A stretch of 64,000 bases of DNA from Catajapyx aquilonaris (Eukaryota). Shown piece after piece: positions 53,116 to 64,000 of the stretch; positions within the stretch are counted from its first letter, which is position 1, and every line of letters begins with the position of its first letter. The translations under genes were made by a program, and so were the position numbers. The DNA lies in the NCBI GenBank assembly GCA_000934665.2, contig KZ538092.1, positions 1 through 64,000 on the forward strand. Direction: 5' to 3'. The notes beneath the pieces were generated by a model. The model was not told the DNA's origin and did no database searches. It was given only the letters and a program-made list of their open reading frames with translations.

Positions 53116-54880
53116 CATGTGAATTTTTGCAGGACAAGGGATCAAGAGAAGGAGAGGCAAAGACCGGTGCCTTAAGTGTCCACCAGCTCCAAAAAAAAAT
53201 ATATGCCAAAAAGCGATTTAAAAAATAATTAGTGTGACATGATTAGCCCTCCAGATTTTTTCACCACCTTATGTCCTGATGGTGTCTTTTTTCTTACAAA
53301 ACCCTTTTGATATATGCTGCAAAAAAAAAAGAGAGAGAGAAAGTTTCATGTGCATCTGTGGATGTGGTCTGAGGTTGTCCTTTTCTTTCCTTTTTCATTG
53401 TGTATTAAAATGATATGGATGATAAGTATTTGGTGATGATAATAAAGGAACCTTGTATAATAATAACAAAATTATCCAGATTATTTTCGTCTCGTCAAAT
53501 TCTGAAGGGAAGACTTAACTATAGGGGTGTATTGAAGGGCCTTTTTAAAATATCCTTGCTCAGGTAGTGAATAAAAAAGGGAAGTGAGACAACTTCCTGG
53601 TAGCTTGACTATTTTTCAACGCTCAGCCACAAGGTTTCTAAAGAACTGCTAAAAAAGTTTGGGCGGTATCCTGATGGTATGCAACCATCCCAACTTGTCC
53701 AAGGTGAAGGTTACTGTGGAGCTGGGAAACACTGAAGTGCTGATGGTTGTATATAGCATTAGGATATGTTCAGAAGAAACATTATTTTATAGACTGGCAG
53801 TGAAAAACAAGAGTGCTTGTGATGTAGAGCTCCAGGCGTAGATATTAATATCTATGGCTCCAAGATTAGTCTAGCCAAATTAGCTTTTGACAGGTAGAAG
53901 ATTAGTAATAAGGTCCTAGCTCCAATAAAAGGTCATTTTACTGTTTCCCGCCTACATTGAACTTTTGCCAATATTATGTAAATATGATTACCTTCCATAA
54001 TTGACCCCCCCATTGTGATCTGTTGTCCTTTCGCGGCTGGAAGGATTTTGAAGGTTGACGTCCTACACGGCCTATCCTCTAATAATTTTAGATGAGTTTT
54101 TAATACCCAGTTAAATCAAGTAGTACTGTACCATCTTATCACTTGAATATGCAGACAATACAAATTGTATTACTGTATATAATGAAGTGATAAGATGGAA
54201 GGATTGAAGTGAGCCCGACCCCTTGCAAGTAGGCAATAAGAGAAGCAAGAGAGGCGCATGGGAGATCACACTTCCAGGATGAATCGCCGGAAAAGGCTTT
54301 TCTCCTCGAATATGCATGGTTGGCATGTAATTCGAGTGGCCGCCATTCCTGATCCATTTCTCATACTGTTTGCTGTACAAAAGGCACAAGTAATCAGCAC
54401 TTCCACATTGCAACAGCATTCACTATAGAAGCGATTCGCACATAATTTTTTAATGCACAATACTTTGAAACACTTTTCGCAGCAAGGCTGACTGTACATT
54501 ATCCCTCCAGAAAACAAGTTTAGGTGCACCGACTGGCCTTAACAATACATTATTAAGTATACTGAAGTTATACAGTACGTTATCTCTTACAACAGTTAGA
54601 GAAAGGGCAATGAGGCGAGGACGCCCAATCCAGCGGCTTCTAAATAAATAGAAAAGAAAGTTGTATACGAACTTGGAAAGTGGCTTTGCTTGTAGGTTTT
54701 ACTTCCCACGCAATGCCTCACTAGAAAAGAAGTATGATTTAATATTATTCTTCAAAGTCTTGGCAGCCAGAAGTATCTGTCCCGGAATGAAACATACGAA
54801 TATTATTGTATATACACTGTAATCTTCATGCAGAACAGGCCAGTTAATACAGGGTGACCCTAAAGTCAGGACACATGGGC

Positions 54881-55125
54881 AATTGAAACCTTGAGTTTTC
54901 AAAGGTCCCAAGTCCACATTTTGACGATTTCGAGTTACATAATATATGGGGGGGGTAATACAGGGAAAGGCGCATATTTTGAATGAAAGCGAGTCCGAAA
55001 TGGGAAAAAAATCACGAAAATTTCCCCCCCCATTTCGATCATTACTTATCAATTTCGGTTTTTTGTCTCTCCTGAAAAGTTGAGGTGGTTGGACTTGGGA
55101 CCTTTTGCAATTCAAGGTTTCAATT
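54881..55125. mobile_element. MITE-like element with 36-bp terminal inverted repeats
   Basis: AATTGAAACCTTGAGTTTTCAAAGGTCCCAAGTCCA (54881-54916) versus TGGACTTGGGACCTTTTGCAATTCAAGGTTTCAATT (55090-55125). Confidence 0.7.
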
Positions 55126-55689
55126 GTTGGATTCCAATAATTGTGCCAACTGTCAGATCGTTAGCAGTCAGTAAAGGATGAGCTGTCACATGGCACTTGG
55201 AGTTGTCACAACTGGAAACCAACAATATTAATATTAAATTATTACCTATGTATACAGACCCTGTACATTATTGTAGTCAGCTTTTAGTAATTTTTTGAAT
55301 AATTTTTTTACACAAGTTTTTCAGGAGAATTATTTGGGAGCAACGGTTTATACACAAAAGACATTTGAAGCATCTCACTGCTGGAGAGAAAAAGAAACTG
55401 CTTTCAGAAAGATGATGGGAACTTTTTGAAACACGCAATCATTTATTTCCTCCCACGGCATAGGTTGCAAAGTTGTGTACACACGAGCCGAGTGCATTGC
55501 CACCTTATTATTGCTGATCCGTAATTTGTAAAACGACCCTCCATGTCCGGGATTCGGGTTTAGACAAGAGAAGGAGTGATGTACTCGTATATATGTACAT
55601 CAAAGAGAGCGGATGATGCCTTTTTTCCCCTCCCCATCCCCTCCCACCAGAAAATCCGTTCCTCCCGCCCCTCCCACTCTTCTTCTTCA

Positions 55690-55806
55690 CGGTGACGTCA
55701 CGACGCCAAAAGTACTAAAAAGAGTCGGCAGCGTCGTCGCCATCCTCACTATCATCCCTTTTCTCACCCACCGCGGATCACCTGCTGAAACACACTTTCG
55801 GTGAGT
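55690..55806 (+). promoter_or_regulatory. Probable promoter and non-coding first exon of ImpL2
   Basis: CRE palindrome GTGACGTCAC at 55692, strong donor cg|GTGAGT at 55801; matching acceptor ctgcag at 59395 just before the ATG. Confidence 0.45.
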
Positions 55807-56091
55807 TATATTTCTTTTCAACTTTGACATCCTTTATGTATATTAAATGCAAAAACGTCTCCATCACTTTTTTTTTCTTTTTTGGAGCGATATTGTTATT
55901 TGCTATCTGCAAATTTTGCAATTTATGGCGAAACCTCCGGAAGACAAATAATATGTTCAATTCAAAGTGAGATAATGTTGCAGTCGTCCTAATGGTTGAA
56001 ATAATAATCCGCTGTATAGTTTATATGGGTTTAAATCAATCGGAGGGAGTTCCCCCCCCCCCCCCNCCCCCCCCCCTTTCTGGAAAAAAAT

Positions 56092-56203
56092 ATGAAATGA
56101 ATGTGCGGCCTTGATCGAATGGTATGTAGACGAAATCATAAAAATATTATAAATGAATATGCGACCTTGATCGAATGGTATAGACGAAATCATACAAATA
56201 TTA
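56092..56203. repeat. Two-copy tandem duplication (about 57 bp)
   Basis: CCTTGATCGAATGGTAT..AGACGAAATCATA.AAATATTA occurs twice in succession. Confidence 0.75.
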
Positions 56204-57232
56204 GGCCGGTATAGTTTCTAAGAAAGAAGGAAAAATTATTTCTAGTGTTTCTCTACTGTCTGTACCCTGTTCTAAGTACATGAAAGATATTTTGACAATC
56301 ACCCAAAATTCTGCAATTATTCAGAGTTCATCAGAGACACTTATATGTGCAGTAGTTGGTTCAAGTAGTGTAGTCATACACTTTGTAATTGGTCTATGTA
56401 CACGTGGTTGGTCTGTCACAATGGCACAGGTGCAACTCATTAAAAATATTATGGACTGTTGCCAGTGTTCATGCTAATGTTAGCCTATTTTTGGTCAACT
56501 CCCTTGACGTAGTCTTTTGACGCTCCTATTGTCCTAATGACGCCTCAGAGTCACCCAATACGGAGAAACCTTTAAAAAACAAAGCAATTTTCTGCACTAT
56601 TAATACCTCTAGAAGCAAAACAAAACCCCGTCGCGTGCACCCGTCACCTAATTAATTCCCTAATTGTCCATTTTGATCACGGAGCGACCCTTTTTATAGC
56701 CCATTGTTTTGGTTTTTGGGGGCGGGGGCGGTTTAAATAAGAGGCGCCCACCGCCTAATCTGGTGTCGTCTTGCTTATCAGCAAAAGGTATAACAGAAAA
56801 CCGGACCTTATGCTGTCAAAACAGGGTCAGGCTTTTGCACAAGGTCTGGTGCCTCTGAAACTGAAGAAAGACAAAGGGTGATGCTGGACCCAGGTTGGGG
56901 AATTGCAGCATCTCGACAATCGCAAAACCCTCTCTGACATATCGTGTGTCTCCTGAGAGAGGGGGGCTGCAAGTTCTCCACAGGAAACCATGGAAAGATC
57001 GTGTATCTCGAGCTGTGACATCCGATGCCTTTTCCGCATTACGTCACTCCCTGTGTCACTAAACTCCCGGACGACTCGTGGTCTCTGGGTTCAATCCTTG
57101 AGGGACACACAGGGAAGTCCCCCATCTCAAGACGGGAAAAATAATGTAACTATTCACTTATCAAATTGACACTTAAAACACAAAAGTGGATGCTGGAATC
57201 AACAATTAATTTTTACACATAATATTTGAACA

Positions 57233-57440
57233 CTAGTGAACCCGTTGCCAAAATTTGGCAACTTCGTATGACATTGACAATCAAACTGCCCGCCGATTTA
57301 CCACGTAGTACTATTCTTCGCGGATAGATGGCGCATATTCCCTCTGCACACTCCTGCCGCAAACAGATCGTGCGAGAGATAGGGGTACTATCAGGTCGGA
57401 CAAATATCCGACAGAGAGAATAAGCCTTTTAGAAGAAAGA
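57233..57440 (-). mobile_element. Non-autonomous Helitron-like element, copy 2 (intact termini)
   Basis: Minus strand starts A|TC (57440), ends with hairpin GTTGCCAAA-T-TTTGGCAAC (57262-57244), 7-nt spacer, then CTAG|T; no target duplication; homologous to 3520-3727. Confidence 0.7.
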
Positions 57441-59410
57441 TGATTGGGGCAGTATCTGGCGCAATTAGTTTTTTTCATTACACACCTGCTTTGAGTATAT
57501 CGCATGCATTGCCTGTTTTTAATATTAGATTGCCCCAGTTCTGAAGTGACAAGAAAGGTCGGTGGGATGAGAGGGGGGAAAAAAAGAGTAAAATGTCCCC
57601 TTTGAACGAGATTATTGCCGCCTGTCAATTATTAGTTCGCAGCCAAAGCAGCATCGGCTGTTTAAGATTCAAGACAACTGGGTCATTAGCATCTATAAAT
57701 TAAGAACAGGTGATAAACTTTCTAGGACATGGAGGGGGGGGGGGTTAATTTACATGGCATCAGTATTTTAAAACATGTTTTACATGACTTTGCATCCCAG
57801 TCAAGTTAGGTGAGACAAGTTTTATTTTTATTTTTAGGAGCTCTTCATGCACAGCCAGGTTTGATTGTTGCTGAACACTTTGCCTAAATTAGGTACATGA
57901 TTGTATAAAAGTAATGTCCTATTTCTATGAGAAAAATTTAGGTTCCTGCCCAAATATGTTGTGTGACAAAATTCCATTGCAAATCATGAATTTTGTCACA
58001 CAGCATAAAATACGTACATCGTGAGTATAAACAAACAAGATGCATCCAGGGTTCCTATCTGTGTTCGTTTACTCAACTGAAGTGAATAAGCCTGTGTACT
58101 TATAGTCTTGCAGGCACATTCTGTACGAAAAAGATTGCAGTTTCAGACGAAAATTTAATCCAGGGCCAGTTTTCACGGTGCAAATTGGCTCTAAAAGGCA
58201 GCTAATTCCATCCATTGTGAAAATGCAAATGAGCGGTTTTTGATCTCGTATAGCCTCTGTTGGTGAAAACCCGAATAGAGCCTCTCCCCACATCATCTAC
58301 TCTAGAAAGGACTAGATTATACTTTCGTAACGTCAGAGGACAAAAGAAGGAGAGATATTGTGTATGAGATTTTTCTTGGAACCAATTCCGGTTGGCTTAA
58401 TAACAATCGAGACCGATCCATCTTTCACTCTCAAAAACCGAAGGTTACTTTCACTTACGTAACTACACCGGTTGGTTAGTGTATAAGTTGCCAACATTCC
58501 TTGACAGATCTTGGCACCAACTCATATACCACTGACGTTCGTCTTTGACCGCGCCGACTAAAGACCCTTAATTTATTAACATCTCAGTGGGAAAGACGTC
58601 AGAAAAAAAGGTTAAAAAAAAGTATGTGGGAAAAATAAAGCATGCTGCATGAGCCATATACAAATATCGTTCATCTGGCCATTTTCAGCGGCTTCATCAC
58701 CCACGCAACCCGCTATCATGTTTGCGCAAGTCGTCCTCTTCATTTCTTCCCCCTGATGAGCTACAGGGAAATTCTCCCGGAAAATTTGCATTATAGCCAT
58801 ATTCTTGGTTCCGAGAATTTCCCACAAAATTTTGCGCAAAATAAAATAAAGCTCTTATAAAATGTGCTGATGTGATAAGAAGCATATTGAAAGCACTTCA
58901 TTCAGCCTGATAATAGATTTGAATATTACCCCTTATGTCTTTATTGATGACAATCCTTTTAATGTGACATGGCGATATCAACTGCTTCTGGCCAATGAAT
59001 GCTAATTTTCTGCTGAAAGGTTATACTGCCAATTATGTGGCCATTTGGACAGAGCCATTTTTTTATGATTTTTTTTTCCCCGTCTTCAAATGATGTTGCG
59101 CAGAACACACCTGATCAGAACCTCCGTATCTCTTTGTCTGATTGGCTGTTGCCATGGTGGCGTGACCCTCATCCATAAAAAAAAGAGAGGAACTAACCCT
59201 CTTGTTTCAACATCCCCTCACACACCCACCCCTTATATTCCCCCCCTTCGTCGTCACCTCCCCTTGTAGGGTCAGGTGTCAGGGCCACAGGGCCCTCTCA
59301 AACCCATTCGGCGTCTTGAACCGGTGCCTAGTCACGTAGTCCTTTTGAGCTCGAGATAAAAACTAAAAATATAACCAATTGTCCTCTCGCTGCAGGTAAT
59401 TCAAAAAGAA

Positions 59411-62207
59411 ATGGCGGGTGCGCATCTACTTCTACTAGCATTGTCCTGCGCATGCGCAACGTCCGTCCATTCGCCTCGGCGCAAAGACGTCATCAACCTC
59501 ACCAAGGTGGGTCATACAATAATTACTTGAAGCAAGACTTGAAGGGTGTTGTAACAAAAAGTTCGTATGAAAAATAATATCCAAATTGCGATCATCATTT
59601 ACACATTTTTGGGCATAATTTTTAATTTTCAATTAATTTTAATTAAGCTTCAATTAATTTTTACCTTAGATTAATTTGAAATCAATGCTTGTTGCTACAC
59701 CGTGTAGCCTCTACCAACTAGAGCATATTTTTAAGCTCTTTTGTAGCCTACTTGATGTTGTTTACAATCCTGGGAAAAGTGGCTGTTTCCCCCAGAGCAT
59801 AATGAGCTTACTGTGGAGGCTGTATTGAATATGACATTTGGAAAGATTTTCTCGTCGGAAATGCTGAAAAGGTTATATAGATGAAAAGGACTCTGATGAG
59901 AATAGATTGTAATCTGTATTCAGTTGATTGGTTCGAGAAGAAGCCAAATCAAAAATTCTGTTCAGTAAGAATGCACGACAGTATTGTTATGATGCAAGTA
60001 AGACTCCTTTTGAAGGAAAAGGTCGGTTGCGATTATATATTTTTCTGAGTATAACTAATAGACAAAAATGTGCCGTGTGACTGCGACATATGGGCATCTT
60101 ATAGATATATCACTAATTTGTAAATTACCACTCCGGTTAAAGAAGAGGAGACTGAACTTTTATGTAACGCTTGTTCAAACGTCACAAGTCCATATGACTA
60201 ATGGCTGAAATTAATTTAAGGCCCTCTATTAAAGTTTATGGGCTAATAGTGTTGTTACGTTGCTGAGCCTAAGAGGATGCATGTACACGCTAAAAAGTGT
60301 ACAAGATTGCTTCAGAGTGGGTAAAACCCAGGGAACATGGAAATTCCAGCCTGTTATATTCAGAGATTATGCTTATCACTTCACCAGATTGCAAAATGTT
60401 CTATTGCGATTTGTGTTCGGACATTGTTTGATGACATTGCCTCTGACCCCATCTTTGACTCGTAATATCAGATATATATTCCTAGAATACGCCAGAATGC
60501 GCTATAAATAATATTTTGCTTACAGAGCAGTAGGAACATAGACTGTCTGATGGGACGTACAAAAAACAAAATCTATATCCATTCAATGAATATAAAAAGA
60601 GAGGCATATATAGCTCTCCACTGATAAGATGCAGAAACTGCTTCACTCTTTTTAAACTTGGAAACAAGTTAACATATTCTATAACCATGTGAGAAACTAT
60701 TTCTTGCTTTCCATCCCCTTTTGATCCTCAAGGGCACATTTGGTGACATCTATAATCATATTAATGTTCGTTCTTAATCTTTATACACATAATTTATGGC
60801 AATATGAATACTGCCTAGCCAATATCTCGGTTTCTGTTGGTCGTATGCCAAAGGAAGAAATATGCTTTTTAACTGAGATTACAATATAGGCAACCCAACT
60901 CCAAAATAATAATAAAAAGTGGAAAGGTCACTACAACAATAGCATGGTCGTTAAATATTAGTTTCACTTGTGGACCTAATAATAATAATTGATTCTTTTC
61001 AGCCTGATGTGAAAGAAGTGTCGGTCGGGGCTGTGGTGTCATCTCCAAGGCACCGTCGCAGCGGTGTGGAGCTGATGACTCCGAATTCACCCTTGGGCGA
61101 CTCTTGGATTAAGATGGAAAAGGCTCTTCCTCCAAGGGTGATCCTCAGGAGACATTCTGCCTTGGTCCTCGAGTGTCACGCCATGGGCACTCCAACCCCT
61201 GCCATCTACTGGCTGAAGGACGGGTCTCCCATATCTCAGGTGAGTCCCTTAAGATTTATACAGCGGACTAGAGTAAACAACTCATTATTAGGATGACCTG
61301 GAGATGGCGGAGGGTAGTCCTGACCTGGGTTTGGGTGTGGCCAAGAGCAAGGGTCGTTTGGTGATCCAATGCGCAAGCAAACGACACGAGGGCAAGTACT
61401 CGTGCGTGGCCGAGACACCATTCAGGCGACAGGTGACCTCGACCCGGCTGTGGGTCAAGGGTCCCTCCGTGTCTCAAGAGAACCCTTGGTGCAACACCCT
61501 CTTGGACTCGTACGGTCCTCCTAGCATCCACATGTGGAGTTCGACCTTAATCAGCCCCATTGGACTGGAGGTCATCCTGCCCTGTCGCGCCAGTGGACTT
61601 CCCCAGCCGCAGGTCACGTGGACCGACAGTCAAGGGCAGAGAGTCGGGGGCGGCCCCGGGGCGATGGACGAGGAAGACTCCCGCTTCCGTGTCCTGCCCT
61701 CAGGTGACCTCTTGGTCCAAGGGCTCTTATGGGAAGACATGGACGAATACACGTGTCATGCTACCAACCAACTCGGGACCGACTCACACACCACCTTCCT
61801 CTACCCTCTTCTCGTAAGTAGTTGCTGGGGTGAACAATCCTCAATATTGCGTAGATATAATATATTAACTATGGAAAAATGCGGTTCCAAATTACTATTT
61901 GATGTTGTTGCTTACCGAACGTTGACCTTATCCTTGCTGATATGCAACCCACCTTAAAAACTCGTCTGAGTTTGTAGCCGAATAAGGGTCAGAGTGTATC
62001 ACAATGTTGCACGATTATCTTATAACATTGTAACCGTAGTTTGGTTGCGTAATCTCTATTCAAAAATCCGGATCAAAGTAGTTGATGTGCACATAAATAA
62101 TCTGCGGCTTGCGTAATATCCAGTAATAGCCTATTACTAAGTACGTCTAAAATATTATCCCATTTTCATTACAGGCTGACGACGAAGATGAGTCCCTCAG
62201 GCGTTAA
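59411..62207 (+). CDS. ImpL2: IMP-L2-like secreted insulin/IGF-binding protein with two Ig domains, about 295 aa
   Basis: Exons 59411-59506, 61003-61239, 61292-61813, 62175-62207 (888 nt). Signal peptide MAGAHLLLLALSCACA; Ig1 LECHAMGTPTPAIYWLKDG...GKYSCVA; Ig2 LPCRASGLPQPQVTW...VLPSGDLLVQGLLWEDMDEYTCHATNQLGTDSHTTFLYPL resembles the recalled ImpL2 C-terminus. Confidence 0.85.
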
Positions 62208-63279
62208 AACAATCACTGACCTATCGTAACAAAAAGCTTATTTTTTTTGCCCGGAGCTTGGCCATACGGAAAACAAACCAAAAAAATCCCACCGGGATTT
62301 ATCTGTATTGACATTCCAGTAATTATTTTGTATATGATCAAACAAACTTTTTTTCCCCCCTGCTCTCTTTTCATAAAAATAAGCACGTTTCTGTACAGCT
62401 GCAATACTGCATTACAGCATATAACGTATTATATCCATTCAGTTCAAGGGTCGTTGTGTACAGTGCAATATTACTGTAAAAAAAACCATCATGTAACTAT
62501 GAAGACTGTAATAAAATGTTGCAGTAAATCGGACTTGGTGACACTTTCTTATCGTCAAACAGTACAATTTACATGTTATATCCCGAACCTTTGTAATAAC
62601 CTGTATACAGGGTGGTTCACTGACTAAGTCACTTGTTCATTAACAGGTGACTTGAACAGTGATGTACACTCGAGGATTGGTTAATAATTCCGATCGAATG
62701 ACGAACATGGTTTATCAGCATCGAAGGCCGTCTCGTATTAACACGAATTATACTGTACATCATATCAAACAGCACATAAACCTCGTGGCAACGGTCACGT
62801 ACTTTCCCAGGGTACGTCATCCCAATAGTGGATCAGTATTCAATATATACTGGTGTCTAGTTATACAAATCATATAACACAGTTTCAAAGTGCATCGCCA
62901 GCAGTCGAGGACACACGGACAGGTTGAAGGACTCTCAAGGCCACTTAAAAAAAAACACACACACATCCTGCCGCACTAATTCCGACTTCTAATTTGTCCT
63001 AACGATCAATTAAACTTGGCTTTAACGAGTTTGAAAAAAAAAATATCTGGAAGTTTTGCTAACTGAGAAGACGAACATTGCAGGTATCAACAAAAACAAG
63101 TACATTCAGCGGCTATAATTATGAAAAGGTCATCGTGATCCGGACTTGTGACGAGGGATCAGATCCGGATAATCCTTGGAAAGTTCCGTGGGGGGTTTTT
63201 TTGGCAGGGAGAAAAAGATGACCTCCCGTCTCCCCCCCTGACCCACTGACCCTTCCAGTCGAGTCCTCTCGACCCCGTG

Positions 63280-63487
63280 TATATAAACCCCATCCAAAGC
63301 TGTGTGTATCTCACTTCAACTCGAGCAACTGAGCCACAACGTGTCCCACAAACGCACTGTTGCTTTAATTTCCAAAATACTTTTTATGTATCTCATGACT
63401 GTTTCTAGCAGACATACCTGTGTCCATGACGAGTGAACTTTATTGGGTCCGCGAGATCTCCAGGCCACTTCATAATATTAGGTGAGT
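63280..63487 (+). promoter_or_regulatory. TATA/Inr promoter and first exon of an unidentified downstream gene
   Basis: TATATAAA at 63280-63287, Inr-like TCACTT about 30 nt later (63310), strong donor ag|GTGAGT at 63482. Confidence 0.55.
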
Positions 63488-64000
63488 ACTCTCTTCGTTA
63501 TTATTTTTCATAAGTCAATCATTGCACGATTTGGTCACGACATATGCTCATGATCATTAAGCCGCTTACAATGTTTCACAACTATCAGGAAAGTAGCTTG
63601 TGGGACTGTGAACTTTGCGATTTTGTCGAAGTAAACAGCATCAGCAGGATGGCTTAATGGATTACCGAATTTCATATCAACAATGATTAAAATTGGGATC
63701 TGACGCTTGCCAAAAAATATTGATCGTGCTAGTTGCATGCGATGAAAAAAAATTGTGGAGTAATCATAAAAAATAGAGAGGCTTGACATATTTTGGTTAG
63801 TATACAGTTTCGTCATGACATATTTATATTGTATGGCCCATTGTTTCGTTAATTACCTTCTCGTTGTGAACCACCACCAATAACACTGTTTCGTTATCCG
63901 CATATAATTTCTAAATGACTTAAAAAGTGCGTACTGAGTCTTTGACAGATCTTCGCCACTACAACTATGATATTTCAGAAGTAGTAAATAATGCATTTGT

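Noticed and set aside
56052..56076. Poly-C run containing an N
   Set aside because: Assembly uncertainty in a homopolymer, not a biological feature.

Overview
Eukaryotic, intron-containing genomic DNA, most consistent with an arthropod (Drosophila-like Brr2 N-terminus, an ImpL2-type gene, many 52-70 nt introns). Eight protein-coding genes were reconstructed by hand with GT-AG junctions and consistent phases: the 5' end of SNRNP200/Brr2 (-), an atypical His-rich serpin (+), an RNF38/RNF44-type RING-H2 E3 ligase (-, about 20 kb, with candidate alternative first exons), a small PNRC-motif protein (+), NOA1 (+), cyclin J (-), WDR1/AIP1 (+) and ImpL2 (+). A ninth transcription unit probably starts near 63.3 kb. 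Non-coding DNA holds a tRNA-derived SINE (2 copies), a small Helitron-like element (2 copies), several hairpin MITEs and a 91/99-bp minisatellite. The most unusual signals are: (i) a PNRC gene with an ERSE-II/CRE/CCAAT/TATA promoter and a 36-codon uORF whose stop overlaps the main ATG (ATGA); (ii) a histone-type 3' stem-loop 44 nt after the stop of a non-histone, apparently decayed intronless ORF at 40-41 kb; (iii) two candidate 6-codon Cys-containing alternative first exons of the RING ligase; (iv) a probably non-inhibitory serpin with an (HHGE)n-His6 tract. All calls come from reading the sequence and recalled family motifs; no database search was run.
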